This document shows, piece after piece, positions 25,351-34,445 of a stretch of 38,283 bases of DNA. Under the pieces are notes generated by a model. The model was not told the DNA's origin, made no database searches, and saw only the letters and a list, made by a program, of their open reading frames with translations. Each line of letters opens with the position of its first letter. Position 1 is the stretch's first letter. Made by a program: the position numbers and the translations under genes. This stretch comes from a virus: the UHGV virus genome UHGV-1369770. One strand, written 5' to 3'.

Positions 25351-25417
25351 CCATTTCAATAACTACCCCGCTTGTTGTCGGCGTTAGTTTACCAACTTTC
25401 GGGGCTACACTTTTGGG
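25337..25417 (-). other. candidate -1 PRF cassette at the 3' end of the major capsid gene (same heptamer C CCA AAA, 6-nt spacer, hairpin CCCCG...CGGGG; 24-codon extension)
   Basis: mRNA: ...GTT GCC CCA AAA GTG TAG CCCCG... The -1 frame reads SVAPKVGKLTPTTSGVVIEMEEGA, homologous to the tail extension. Confidence 0.55.
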
Positions 25418-26271
25418 GCAACACCTTTAATAATCGCTTTAGCATTTTTTTCAGGGATATATTTGCCATACTTACCTGCCGCTTGTAACGCTGTGCCTGC
25501 GAAATCTTCTGAATCCATAGCACGTGCTACTTGAATACCTACGCCAGCTACACCTACGTTATCAGCTGAAAAAATTGCTACCTCATTTGGTTGAAATTTT
25601 TCATCTGGTAACTCTTCTAAAACAAACCCTTTAAATTTGTATAAAGTTTGTTCATCAACATTAGCGGATGAATTTTTAGAAGTTGTTGCAAGTTTTGAAT
25701 CAATTAATAAGTCGTAAACGTCTGAATTAACATAGGCAACCCATGCAACGTTTTGAGAAACATTGTTATTAACAAATTTCTTATGAGCATTAGAAAATAG
25801 TTTTGTAATACCAGCTTCATCTAATGTAGTGGTTAGTTCTTCACTTGCATTGTCAGATAATGCTTTGCCTAACAAGTTATCCACATGTTGCGCCCAGGCA
25901 ACAGCATGCAAAGCTAAGCGCTCTGCTACAACTTGATCAGGAATATCATTTACAGTAAACTGATCGACACCTTCATGAATTGAAAGTGGCGCTTCATATT
26001 TAACTTGTTTATTGACTGATTTAACTTCTTTACGTTTACCAAAACGGCTTGAGCTGCCTGTCCCTGTTCCAAATCCTACATTTTCATCTGTCGAATATGC
26101 TTGAATAACAACGTCCGTATCTGTAACTTTCAAATCTAGAAATGTATCGTTTTGAGAGACTCCGTCTTTTGTCTGTAAAGTACCTCCGAAAGCACGTAAA
26201 AATACTGCTTTTTTAGCAAACAGTTCTGGCAAAATACCTGCATATTGTTTAGTGTAATATTTGATTGACAT
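25405..26271 (-). CDS. major capsid protein
   Basis: 288 aa after the scaffold gene. It ends ...KGVAPKV. Confidence 0.8.
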   Translation of the reverse strand: MSIKYYTKQYAGILPELFAKKAVFLRAFGGTLQTKDGVSQNDTFLDLKVTDTDVVIQAYSTDENVGFGTGTGSSSRFGKRKEVKSVNKQVKYEAPLSIHEGVDQFTVNDIPDQVVAERLALHAVAWAQHVDNLLGKALSDNASEELTTTLDEAGITKLFSNAHKKFVNNNVSQNVAWVAYVNSDVYDLLIDSKLATTSKNSSANVDEQTLYKFKGFVLEELPDEKFQPNEVAIFSADNVGVAGVGIQVARAMDSEDFAGTALQAAGKYGKYIPEKNAKAIIKGVAPKV

Positions 26272-26287
26272 AATTTATTTCTCCTTC

Positions 26288-26884
26288 TTAAATATATTTT
26301 TCAACTGCTGCTGCAAACACGTCTGTGTTTCCTTTATCATTTTTAGGATTTCCAGGGTTAACGATTTGCGGCGTTGAAGCTGGGTCTTTATCGGTTTGAA
26401 ACAAAAAGGCTTTATTTTCTTGTAGTCCCTTTAATTGTTCCTCAAAACCTTGTAAATTACCGTCGACAACTTTAATAGTGTCTTTATCTAGTTGACCAAG
26501 TAAGATTTCTTCATCAAGCGCATTCGCTTCTTTTAATGCTAATTTAATTGCGAAATCTTTTTGTTGTTCAGCTAACTGTTTTTCAGAATTATTTTTCGCT
26601 TCATCAAACTTTGTTTGTAAATCAGCTAATTTTTGCGTTAAATCATCGTTTCCTTGTGCTGATTCTTTTAAGGCCGTCAATTCTTCTTGGTTAGCTTCTA
26701 GTTCTTGCTTAGCGCTGTCACGTTCACTCTCTGCAGTAGCAACTTGCGCATTTAGTTGCGTGACCGTCTTACCATGTAAAGCCATGATAGACTTCGCTGT
26801 TTCTTCCTCAATGCCTAATGCGATTAAATCCTCTTTTTTCATAAATCTGTTCCTCCTAAGTGTTTTTTGAGTGGCAACTCCCAC
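26288..26884 (-). CDS. scaffolding protein
   Basis: 198 aa coiled-coil acidic protein between the minor head and capsid genes (AQVATAESERDSAKQELEANQEELTALKES). Confidence 0.7.
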   Translation of the reverse strand: MGVATQKTLRRNRFMKKEDLIALGIEEETAKSIMALHGKTVTQLNAQVATAESERDSAKQELEANQEELTALKESAQGNDDLTQKLADLQTKFDEAKNNSEKQLAEQQKDFAIKLALKEANALDEEILLGQLDKDTIKVVDGNLQGFEEQLKGLQENKAFLFQTDKDPASTPQIVNPGNPKNDKGNTDVFAAAVEKYI

Positions 26885-26923
26885 TGTGAGCCGTCTTTTT
26901 GAGACTTCCGAGCAGGTCTAGGT

Positions 26924-26953
26924 ATAAAATAAAAAGCCTAACATTTGTTAGAC
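26924..26953 (-). terminator. rho-independent terminator after the 110-aa gene
   Basis: Minus strand: GUCUAACA AAUG UUAGGC followed by UUUUUAUUUU. Confidence 0.5.
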
Positions 26954-27280
26954 TTTAATTGCCTTATTTTCCCATTTTTTATATGCATCAAAATAAATCT
27001 CTTGCTTATCGCCGTTTAGGGTTAATTCATAATACATACCATCAAGCAAAGTAGTACTTAATAGCGCTTTGTTATTTTGCAATGTTTTACAGCTCCAAAC
27101 CACAAAGACATCTTTTTCAGTAATTTCTTTTCGGTCTGATTTATCCAAGTGTTTGTTTGCATAATTTAATACAATTTCTTTACAATTATCAATAAACTTT
27201 TGTGAATTCATCTTTTTGCCCTCTTTTCTTAAATATTCTTCATAATCAGCGTCTAAATAGTCATAAGGATCGTCATTCAT
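26948..27280 (-). CDS. hypothetical acidic protein (110 aa) inserted in the head module
   Basis: ORF between the Mu-F-like gene and the scaffold gene, followed by its own terminator. Function unknown. Confidence 0.4.
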   Translation of the reverse strand: MNDDPYDYLDADYEEYLRKEGKKMNSQKFIDNCKEIVLNYANKHLDKSDRKEITEKDVFVVWSCKTLQNNKALLSTTLLDGMYYELTLNGDKQEIYFDAYKKWENKAIKV

Positions 27281-27294
27281 AAAATAACTCCTCT

Positions 27295-28452
27295 CTAAAA
27301 ATCATCATAGCGAAAATCTTTTAGCAACGTATTAACTGGGGTGTAAACTTTTTCACGGGCATAATTTCTGCCTAAATACTCATTAGAATCTACTAGTTCT
27401 CGTAGTTTCGCTTGGTTTGCTCTTACTTTCTGTTTCCATTGCTTGGCATTGTCAGTATGATCTAATGCTTCGGAAACCATTTGATTCTTTTTAAATTTGA
27501 CTACTTGGCGCTCTAATTGCCGTTGACGTTTCGTCAATTCGGCAACTTTTTCATTTTCCTTTGCATCAATTTTAGGTTGATTATTTGTATTGATACCAGG
27601 GATAAAAGGAATGTGTAAATGATTGCAGTTAATCCCTCTATGCCCGCCAGCAGTTCCATATTCTGCGCCCCAATAAGGGTCGTAAATACTCTTATACTTT
27701 TCATTACTTGAAACAGATTCACGTAAATCGGCAACGTGTCCTTGAATCTTAGAACAAGCTTTTCTAGCCCCCATATGGCTAGTGACCAGTACCGTGTGAA
27801 CGTCATACTCGCTCATACGGTCTTTTCGTAACTTATCATAGGTGTTACCTAATGTAGACTTTAAAACGGTTCGAACGTAACGTTCCAAGCTCCACGTATG
27901 ACCGCCTTTATCTACAAATGTTGACTTAATCCCTTTCTGTGCCCAACTTTGTATAGTACGTTCTAACGCTTCGTCAAATGTAAATAACCCGCTGTTAAAT
28001 GCAGCGACTGTCTTATTAATGATTTCATTGTACATTTGGCTGGTGGCTGTTCCATAACCGAAGTTAGTGGATAACAACGTTTGATTTACATAGTTGTTAA
28101 TATCAGACCACACTTGGTCGTGATAGGCTTTCATAATATTGTCTAAATCTGTTGGCATAGGCTTTGGATCATAAGGTAATTCTTTATCAATATCTTTTAC
28201 AATTTTTTGCCCGGTACTTTCAAACATTCGCTCTATTTCAGATTCAGCAATTCCTGTTACTTGAGAAATGACTTTTGCGGTTTCTTTGTTAAACAAATGT
28301 AACTCTTGAAGCTTTTCTCTTTGCCAATCTAAAATATTCTCGTTACCGTTTTTTAAACGCTTAGCGATGATTCGTATTAATTCGCCCTCTAACGATTGGT
28401 AGAGGTGTGACATATTAGAGGACCATAAATCTAATTGATGAGGCGTAATCAT
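27295..28452 (-). CDS. minor head / head morphogenesis protein (SPP1 gp7 / Mu F-like)
   Basis: 385 aa immediately after portal. The start overlaps the portal stop (ATGA). Confidence 0.7.
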   Translation of the reverse strand: MITPHQLDLWSSNMSHLYQSLEGELIRIIAKRLKNGNENILDWQREKLQELHLFNKETAKVISQVTGIAESEIERMFESTGQKIVKDIDKELPYDPKPMPTDLDNIMKAYHDQVWSDINNYVNQTLLSTNFGYGTATSQMYNEIINKTVAAFNSGLFTFDEALERTIQSWAQKGIKSTFVDKGGHTWSLERYVRTVLKSTLGNTYDKLRKDRMSEYDVHTVLVTSHMGARKACSKIQGHVADLRESVSSNEKYKSIYDPYWGAEYGTAGGHRGINCNHLHIPFIPGINTNNQPKIDAKENEKVAELTKRQRQLERQVVKFKKNQMVSEALDHTDNAKQWKQKVRANQAKLRELVDSNEYLGRNYAREKVYTPVNTLLKDFRYDDF

Positions 28453-29951
28453 TATTCCTCATCTCCTAGTTCATTTTCCGCCGATATTCTTTCTTGTTCT
28501 GGGTAGTCCATTTCTAACGTTTCTGCTCTAATCTCGTAAACTATTTTTTTGGCCTCTTTTTCAGTCACACCCGTTAATTTCTGAATAGCGCTTAGTTTTG
28601 ATGAAAGACCAGCTGTAACTAATTTAGAGTAATAATCAGCTTTGGCATCTTGAGATTGAAAAACACCGTCATCAAAATCTATATTAATGCCTAGTTCTTT
28701 TGAATATTTGAATAGATTAAATGCTGCGGCCAATTCGAATATAGTTGTAATTAATTCTTTTAATGCTTCTTCCACAATTAAGACATTATCTGAACGGGTA
28801 GAAAAAGTCTCAGAATTTTCGCTGATGATTTCCGTAGCTGTTTTGACTGATTGTCCATCAAAGCTAAATGTTCCACTTGAAAAACCGGTTTGTAATTCAA
28901 CAATTCGTAAAATAAAATTGATTGTCTCAATAAATTCCTGTGACCGTAACGTAGGAACAAATTCACTAATAAAAGGATCGTCTGATTTCAACCGTTGATA
29001 TACAGATGTCTTACTGTCAAATCGTTTTATAGGATTCCCTTTTTCATCATATCTAACTTTGAAGAAATGATCTGAAGCTAATATTTTTCTTCTCGCTTCT
29101 TCAACTTCATTCATAAATTCATCGTATTTTTCGTTAATATCAATCAATTGGCGCTTCGCGTTGTCAATAATACCTAAACTCAATGGACTATCGATATCTA
29201 TGTTGTTTTTTCCAGCTAGTTTTATATAGACAAATAATGGTCGAGTAAATCCGACTAAAGCAGACTCTTCTTTTAGTTCCTTGTACTTGTCTAATGTCGG
29301 TAATGGTACCCTAACACCTGTTTGAGATTGTTCTTCTGAACGATACAATTCGTTTCTGATATAGTAAGTGCTATTTTCCCACTCATGAAATTCTAAAAGT
29401 GTGTAATAAACATTTTTCTTACCTTCATTCTGTTGTGTAATCGTAGCAATAGCTGCTTCAGATATATCATTAGTGTTGGACTGTAAAGGGTAAAAAGTAT
29501 CAGCTCGGCAAAAGGATATTTTTATTTTGTTTGTCTTTGTGTCTACATAGGGACGTAGGACAAGCCCTCCTATTGCATATCCTGCTTCCAGCTCTTCACC
29601 AAAGTTCTTACGAAACTTATTATCGTTAAAAACTGATTGTAAAAACTGGTCCGCTTCATCATTATCAATGCTTATCGCACACCCGTCATTAAAGACTAGC
29701 TTAGCTAATTTGCGAGAAACTACTTTTGATACATTTAATGAATGAAAAGCCCTGTGCATACGCATACCATCACTATTAACGTAGCTCACATCAGGAAACT
29801 TATTTTTATATATGCGTTTGTTGTCCATTATTCTATCGATTTCAGCAGTATTTACTCCGATTTTTGGATGATCTGTAATTCTATTAAGTGTTTCTACCAT
29901 ACCTATTTTTGCACCTCCAATCCTGAACATCGCTTTTAATTTGTCAAACAT
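28452..29951 (-). CDS. portal protein
   Basis: 499 aa immediately after TerL. Acidic C-terminus. Confidence 0.85.
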   Translation of the reverse strand: MFDKLKAMFRIGGAKIGMVETLNRITDHPKIGVNTAEIDRIMDNKRIYKNKFPDVSYVNSDGMRMHRAFHSLNVSKVVSRKLAKLVFNDGCAISIDNDEADQFLQSVFNDNKFRKNFGEELEAGYAIGGLVLRPYVDTKTNKIKISFCRADTFYPLQSNTNDISEAAIATITQQNEGKKNVYYTLLEFHEWENSTYYIRNELYRSEEQSQTGVRVPLPTLDKYKELKEESALVGFTRPLFVYIKLAGKNNIDIDSPLSLGIIDNAKRQLIDINEKYDEFMNEVEEARRKILASDHFFKVRYDEKGNPIKRFDSKTSVYQRLKSDDPFISEFVPTLRSQEFIETINFILRIVELQTGFSSGTFSFDGQSVKTATEIISENSETFSTRSDNVLIVEEALKELITTIFELAAAFNLFKYSKELGINIDFDDGVFQSQDAKADYYSKLVTAGLSSKLSAIQKLTGVTEKEAKKIVYEIRAETLEMDYPEQERISAENELGDEE

Positions 29952-29966
29952 GTAAACACCTCTTTT

Positions 29967-31256
29967 CTAGGCGATATAGGTTTTATAAAAGTAATTATTA
30001 CCATACCTTGCTTCATCAAGTGCATGATTATATTTATCTACGGGCAATCCATTGTCATTTCTCACATACATAGAGATTTCTTTTTCAAAATTATAGTGGT
30101 CAAATTCTTCTCCACATTCTAAAACTATAAATTGGCCACTTATCATGGTGTTTTGTAGTCGTTCTATTCCAACCTCTATCTTTAAACCATTACTTGAAAC
30201 TTTATCGGAGCTATTGTTATCAGCTTTATCTGTAATAATCCCTATTAAGTCAAGCTCAGAACGTAACGTTTTACAGGCAGGATCGACAAAGAAATAATTC
30301 CAGTGTGGCAAATGGTTCCATTTTGTATAACACCACTCAACAAACTGTTTAATCTCTTTTGCATAAATTGACATCGCTTTTGTTTCTCCCGTATCCGTTC
30401 CACTATGATAGTAGTTTGCTAAACGATACAGATAAAATTTCCCAGCATAGAAGGTGACAACCCAAAATGCACAGGTAGTTGCATCAGCTTGGCCACCATC
30501 AGCAGTAAAAAACGTTTCAATGATGTTTCCTTTTATTTCGGTTGCCTTGTTGTTCTTACCGAACATCGAGTAAATAACACCTTGTGGTAGCACTCTATGA
30601 CCATACCAGTCACGGTCTAAAAGATATTCGCTACTTGATAACTCATCGTATAACTGCTGCTTTCTTGATTCACTTAAGATTGGATTATCATCTGGTGTCC
30701 AATGACGAAATAAAAAACGTCCTGATTTCTCAAAACGTTCTAACAATTCTAAATTAGGGTGATTCGGTGCTGGCGGATTCTGTTCGCCTAAATGATAGCG
30801 CCATTCTGCAGCAAAAGTACGTCTAAAGCACTCATTAATGAAATCTTTATGCAGCAAGTTAAATTCTAAGAAAGTAACTGAGCCTAACGACATACCCGTA
30901 ATAGCACCAACCGAATTGATTTTGCCGCCGCCTTTGTAATAAATCTTTTTTTCTCCGTTAGGTGCATATAAAAGCAAATGGTCCCCATGCTCATCATGTC
31001 GAATATCTGAAACACCATCAAAGATATGCATTAAGCCTAAACCGTCACCGTCCATAAACATTCGGAAAGCTTGTTCTTGATTATAAGCAGTCACAAGATG
31101 GTTCTGGTCTGGTGAGCGTAAATAGAAGTCTGCCATTTTAAATATATCACTGGTGGTTTTTCCGCTACGAGGAGTGCCTTCGTTTAGTTCAAAGGTTACT
31201 TTACTTGTATCATAATTGATATTTGCCACTTGCTTATCACTAAAATTAATTGCCAT
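29967..31256 (-). CDS. terL: terminase large subunit
   Basis: Walker A GTPRSGKTT near the N-terminus. 429 aa. Overlaps terS by 11 nt. Confidence 0.9.
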   Translation of the reverse strand: MAINFSDKQVANINYDTSKVTFELNEGTPRSGKTTSDIFKMADFYLRSPDQNHLVTAYNQEQAFRMFMDGDGLGLMHIFDGVSDIRHDEHGDHLLLYAPNGEKKIYYKGGGKINSVGAITGMSLGSVTFLEFNLLHKDFINECFRRTFAAEWRYHLGEQNPPAPNHPNLELLERFEKSGRFLFRHWTPDDNPILSESRKQQLYDELSSSEYLLDRDWYGHRVLPQGVIYSMFGKNNKATEIKGNIIETFFTADGGQADATTCAFWVVTFYAGKFYLYRLANYYHSGTDTGETKAMSIYAKEIKQFVEWCYTKWNHLPHWNYFFVDPACKTLRSELDLIGIITDKADNNSSDKVSSNGLKIEVGIERLQNTMISGQFIVLECGEEFDHYNFEKEISMYVRNDNGLPVDKYNHALDEARYGNNYFYKTYIA

Positions 31257-32091
31257 CGCTCACACCTCGTGATTTTACTTCTAACAAGGCTTCTAGCAAT
31301 TCATTAGCTTTACCTCCAGCGGTTAACTTATCAGCCTTATTCGTAAGTATTTTCGCTTCTGCTTGAGCTTTTTCAGTTTGCGCTTGTTTTAATTCATCAG
31401 TAGCAATATACTTCATCAACTCACTCATAGCCTTTTGCTTATCGTAAAGCTTAACTGATACACCGTCTTTACCTTTTTTAACTTCCTGAATCAATGTACC
31501 GTCAACCTCGTTCGAATCTTTAAGAGAGACATTTGAAACTTTGTATGTTTTTACTTCGCCTGTTTCTTCGTCTATAACCTCTTCACCATTAATATCTTTA
31601 AACGGATATTCATCATAACCAAATTCTGTAAAATCGGTAATATCGGCAAATGCTTGCTTAACATACTCTTGTATCAAGTCTTTAATATCCACAAACACAT
31701 CTTGTTGCAACTCTGCTTTTAAACGGTGCAACTCTTTTTTTATGCGATCTTTTGCTAGCAACCTAATGCTATTGGCTCTAGCTGAATTATAGCCACATCC
31801 GTATGCTTGTTGATATGCCTTAGTGGCGTTAAAATGCTGTAAATAAAATAAACAGAACATTTTCTGTTGCTCTGTTAAAGCATCATTCTCTATAACGGGT
31901 TGCGACTCTTTTTTGTGTGCAACCTTTTTCTTTTTGGTTGCAACCTCTTTAGGAGTCGCGTTCCATTTGCGAGATTTCCAAGACTTCACGGTGTTAATAG
32001 ATACATCGTATTTATCTGCTATATCTTTATACTTCATACCATTTTTATAATTCTCATATGCTAAGTCCCATTTCTGCACACCCAACGCCAC
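31246..32091 (-). CDS. terS: terminase small subunit (HTH N-terminus)
   Basis: N-terminal HTH (KYKDIADKYDVSINTVKSWKSRKW). 281 aa directly upstream of terL. The start is ambiguous (GTG 32091 overlapping the AGGAGG SD, or TTG 32085). Confidence 0.75.
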   Translation of the reverse strand: MALGVQKWDLAYENYKNGMKYKDIADKYDVSINTVKSWKSRKWNATPKEVATKKKKVAHKKESQPVIENDALTEQQKMFCLFYLQHFNATKAYQQAYGCGYNSARANSIRLLAKDRIKKELHRLKAELQQDVFVDIKDLIQEYVKQAFADITDFTEFGYDEYPFKDINGEEVIDEETGEVKTYKVSNVSLKDSNEVDGTLIQEVKKGKDGVSVKLYDKQKAMSELMKYIATDELKQAQTEKAQAEAKILTNKADKLTAGGKANELLEALLEVKSRGVSDGN

Positions 32092-32227
32092 CTCCTAATT
32101 AATTTTATGTAAATGTGCGACAGATACATTAATACCTGTTATACTCTTTATATGGTAGTACTCCTTTTTTAAAAGCTTGAGTTCAGAGATTACAATCTAT
32201 CTTAATTTTGACACTAACGCTACCTAG

Positions 32228-32257
32228 CCACTAGACCCATAATCTAGTGGTTTTTTT
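32228..32257 (+). terminator. plus-strand rho-independent terminator
   Basis: CCACTAGA cccataa TCTAGTGG followed by TTTTTTT. Confidence 0.6.
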
Positions 32258-32263
32258 ACGTAC

Positions 32264-32296
32264 AAAAAAAGACCACTCATTTTTATTGAGTAGTCT
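32264..32296 (-). terminator. minus-strand rho-independent terminator separating the ncRNA/early region from terS
   Basis: Minus strand: GACTACTCA AUAAAAA UGAGUGGUC followed by UUUUUUU. Confidence 0.6.
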
Positions 32297-32468
32297 AAAG
32301 ATTTATATTAGACTGCCTAGCCAATCTAACACTTATTTAACAATACTAGGTTGCTAGCCACTTTATCCTGTTTCCGCAGGCTGGCTAATTCTGAAAGGAG
32401 GTGAACCGATCGTTAAAGTAAGAAACATTTATTGACGATTTTTTTATTTAAGTAGCTATGCTACCTAT

Positions 32469-32540
32469 TGGCGTGACAGGATTCGAACCCGCATCTTATC
32501 TCACACGAAGTAAGTTGCATTACCACAATGCTACACGCCA
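32469..32540 (-). ncRNA. tRNA-like element (possible degenerate tRNA-Arg, UCG anticodon)
   Basis: Minus strand: TGGCGTG TA GCAT TGTGGTA ATGC ... GCGGG TTCGAAT CCTGT CACGCCA. Perfect 7-bp acceptor stem, D arm with GG, canonical T loop. The anticodon arm is weak (4 bp plus mismatch, loop CTTCGTG) and the T stem has two G.U pairs. Confidence 0.4.
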
Positions 32541-33117
32541 AACCAGAAGGAGCGACCTTCTAGCAATTGCTAATAAATCAAATTAACCTTTACACACTCT
32601 CGTCAGAATGTTTTCCCTTCAGGACGTAGCTTTCGCAGACTTTCACGGCTAAAATGATTATGTCACTGGCAAGGATTTGCACCTTGTATGGTCTATATTC
32701 CACCACAGTGACCAATCAATCAAACACCAGCAAAAACAATTGATTAAGTTTATCCTAAACGTACCTAGCTGCTACTCTATGAGTTTAGGAATTGCTCTCG
32801 TGCATAAGCAGCTGCCGCAGAGTTCTGGTTAGTGTCATATCTTCAGATGCTGGGCTAAAATACCGCGCCTAGCCTCGCTTACTACGCTTTACCTTGCGTA
32901 AGGTAGTTACTGCATCTCTAGTAACTATTTGTCACTTGCAAACCTGTAGAAAAAAAGAGAAGGCTCTTCACCTCCCCTCTAAGAGAACGTATCAGTTTGC
33001 GAGTGATAGTGTGATCAGTGTTAGCAACGAGATAATATTTATTTTTGATTTCCTTACACTTCTCACACTACTAATTTACCATGTGAAATAACCTCGATAG
33101 TGCACAAATAGTGCAAA
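32541..33117 (-). ncRNA. candidate large structured non-coding RNA (about 580 nt, ROOL/GOLLD-like) between the ArpU-like gene and the tRNA-like element
   Basis: No ORF of 60 aa or more on the operon strand. GC visibly elevated (about 45-50% against about 35% flanking). Many local hairpins, e.g. TAGTTACT-loop-AGTAACTA, GTCACTG...CAGTGAC, CAAGG...CCTTG, and AGAAGG tcgct CCTTCT directly abutting the tRNA-like 5' end. Confidence 0.35.
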
Positions 33118-33537
33118 TTATATATCTAAATTTAATTCTTTTGCGATTTCTTCAAAAAATATTCTTTGTAATTCGAAGGCCTTTCTTCTACTACAAAATA
33201 TTTTTCCTTGATCAATTAATCCTTGCATAGTGAATCTAGGCCGTTTTTTAAAATGAAGCTCTTGAATGATAGTGATGGTATCCTCACACGATTCACTAAG
33301 CACTTTGTCAATGATGCGTTTATTCCGTTCTAAGCTTGCTAGCCGCCTGTCTTGTTCAATCGTAATAAGTAAATTGGCAGCAGCTTCATTATTTCCGTGT
33401 GATCCTTTAATGCCACTGTTCAAATCACTTTCTCTAAATGGATAACGTAATTCTTCTTCGCGTTGCCGAATATAGTCATCGGTTTTATAATAGTCTCCTA
33501 AGATATCTTTGATATAGTTAAATGTTGATGTCCGCAA
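33118..33537 (-). CDS. late-gene transcriptional activator (ArpU/RinA-like family)
   Basis: 139 aa basic protein at the canonical position upstream of terS in Firmicute siphoviruses. Family assignment from memory. Confidence 0.5.
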   Translation of the reverse strand: MRTSTFNYIKDILGDYYKTDDYIRQREEELRYPFRESDLNSGIKGSHGNNEAAANLLITIEQDRRLASLERNKRIIDKVLSESCEDTITIIQELHFKKRPRFTMQGLIDQGKIFCSRRKAFELQRIFFEEIAKELNLDI

Positions 33538-33747
33538 CTAATCATCATCTCCTAATACTGTTATTGGTCTACCATATTTCAAAATTTTCCATTCGCCATC
33601 TTTCATATTGGTTTTATTCATATGATTTCTTTCATCACGAGCTATCGTATAATCGAAAAATAAATCGGCTTGCTCTGCTCCATGTAAGTACTCAACATAC
33701 ACTCCATCAACTTGCCTTCCTAAGATAAAAACTTCTGGATAACTCAT
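33538..33747 (-). CDS. hypothetical protein (70 aa from ATG 33747)
   Basis: The likely start at MSYPEVF overlaps the upstream stop (ATGA). The ORF track's longer version overlaps the upstream gene by 52 nt. Confidence 0.4.
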   Translation of the reverse strand: MSYPEVFILGRQVDGVYVEYLHGAEQADLFFDYTIARDERNHMNKTNMKDGEWKILKYGRPITVLGDDD

Positions 33748-33929
33748 ACGCTGGAACCCCCTAAATATAGCCCTAATCCCAAAATAAACGAGCATGAAAG
33801 GAAATAAACGAGATCACTGCTTGTTATGTCATTTCCACACACGAAATGGCTCACGGTTGCTTTTGCTACAAGAATCATTAATGCAATACCACTAAATTTA
33901 TTTATTGCTCTTTTCCAGTTGCGTTTCAT
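33744..33929 (-). CDS. small membrane protein (61 aa)
   Basis: Hydrophobic segments FSGIALMILVAKA and FILGLGLYLGG. Starts right after the DUF1642 stop. Confidence 0.35.
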   Translation of the reverse strand: MKRNWKRAINKFSGIALMILVAKATVSHFVCGNDITSSDLVYFLSCSFILGLGLYLGGSSV

Positions 33930-34445
33930 TTATTCACCTTCTACCTTCACAGCAAACGGCCAATATCGCTCGTCAATTGATTTGATTACTGATTCAGTAA
34001 GTTTATATGCTGAATCGTGCCAATTTGTTAGTTCTTCATACTCAACAAGTCTAGCATCAGTTCTACCACTAAAAAGTTGCACTAAATATTTATGGTCAAT
34101 AACTACTTTATACAATTGATCTTTCTCGACTTCGTAGCCGTTAGCTAATGCATTAACAAATAAATTTCTATTCGACTTAAACCACAAAGAAAATTCATCA
34201 TTTGGCATTGCTCTTGCGAAAGAAATTGCTGAATCAATAATATCAACTTTATCAGAACCTAGGCCTTCGCCTTCTTTGATAAAGTCATCGGCCTTTTTGG
34301 GCAATACAGTTTTTTTCGGTTCGTCTAGTTGTTTCACTGCAATCAAACAGTCACGAACTGCTTGATCATATCCTTCGTTGTACTTTTCGATGAATGAATC
34401 ACCTTCTAAACCTTCTAAAATACCAATCAATTCTTGTTTATTCAT
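33930..34445 (-). CDS. DUF1642-family phage protein
   Basis: 171 aa. The composition and position (early region near YopX) are typical of DUF1642 proteins in Listeria, Enterococcus and Streptococcus phages. Family named from memory. Confidence 0.45.
   Translation of the reverse strand: MNKQELIGILEGLEGDSFIEKYNEGYDQAVRDCLIAVKQLDEPKKTVLPKKADDFIKEGEGLGSDKVDIIDSAISFARAMPNDEFSLWFKSNRNLFVNALANGYEVEKDQLYKVVIDHKYLVQLFSGRTDARLVEYEELTNWHDSAYKLTESVIKSIDERYWPFAVKVEGE

Noticed and set aside
23311-25404. The two 70-nt repeats as a purely structural or terminator repeat, or as recombinase sites
   Set aside because: They are direct repeats inside the coding 3' ends with an open, conserved -1 frame. Recombination between them would delete the connector and tail-completion genes. 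An RNA-only role is not excluded but explains the synonymous-type substitutions less well.
32469-32540. tRNA-like element as an attL/attR remnant
   Set aside because: Integration scars duplicate only the 3' 20-45 nt of a tRNA. This element is full length with acceptor, D and T arms, so it is a tRNA-like gene or RNA domain rather than a core duplication.
32894-33091. Plus-strand 65-aa ORF inside the non-coding block
   Set aside because: Lies on the opposite strand to all neighbours, has no SD, and the region is better explained as structured RNA.
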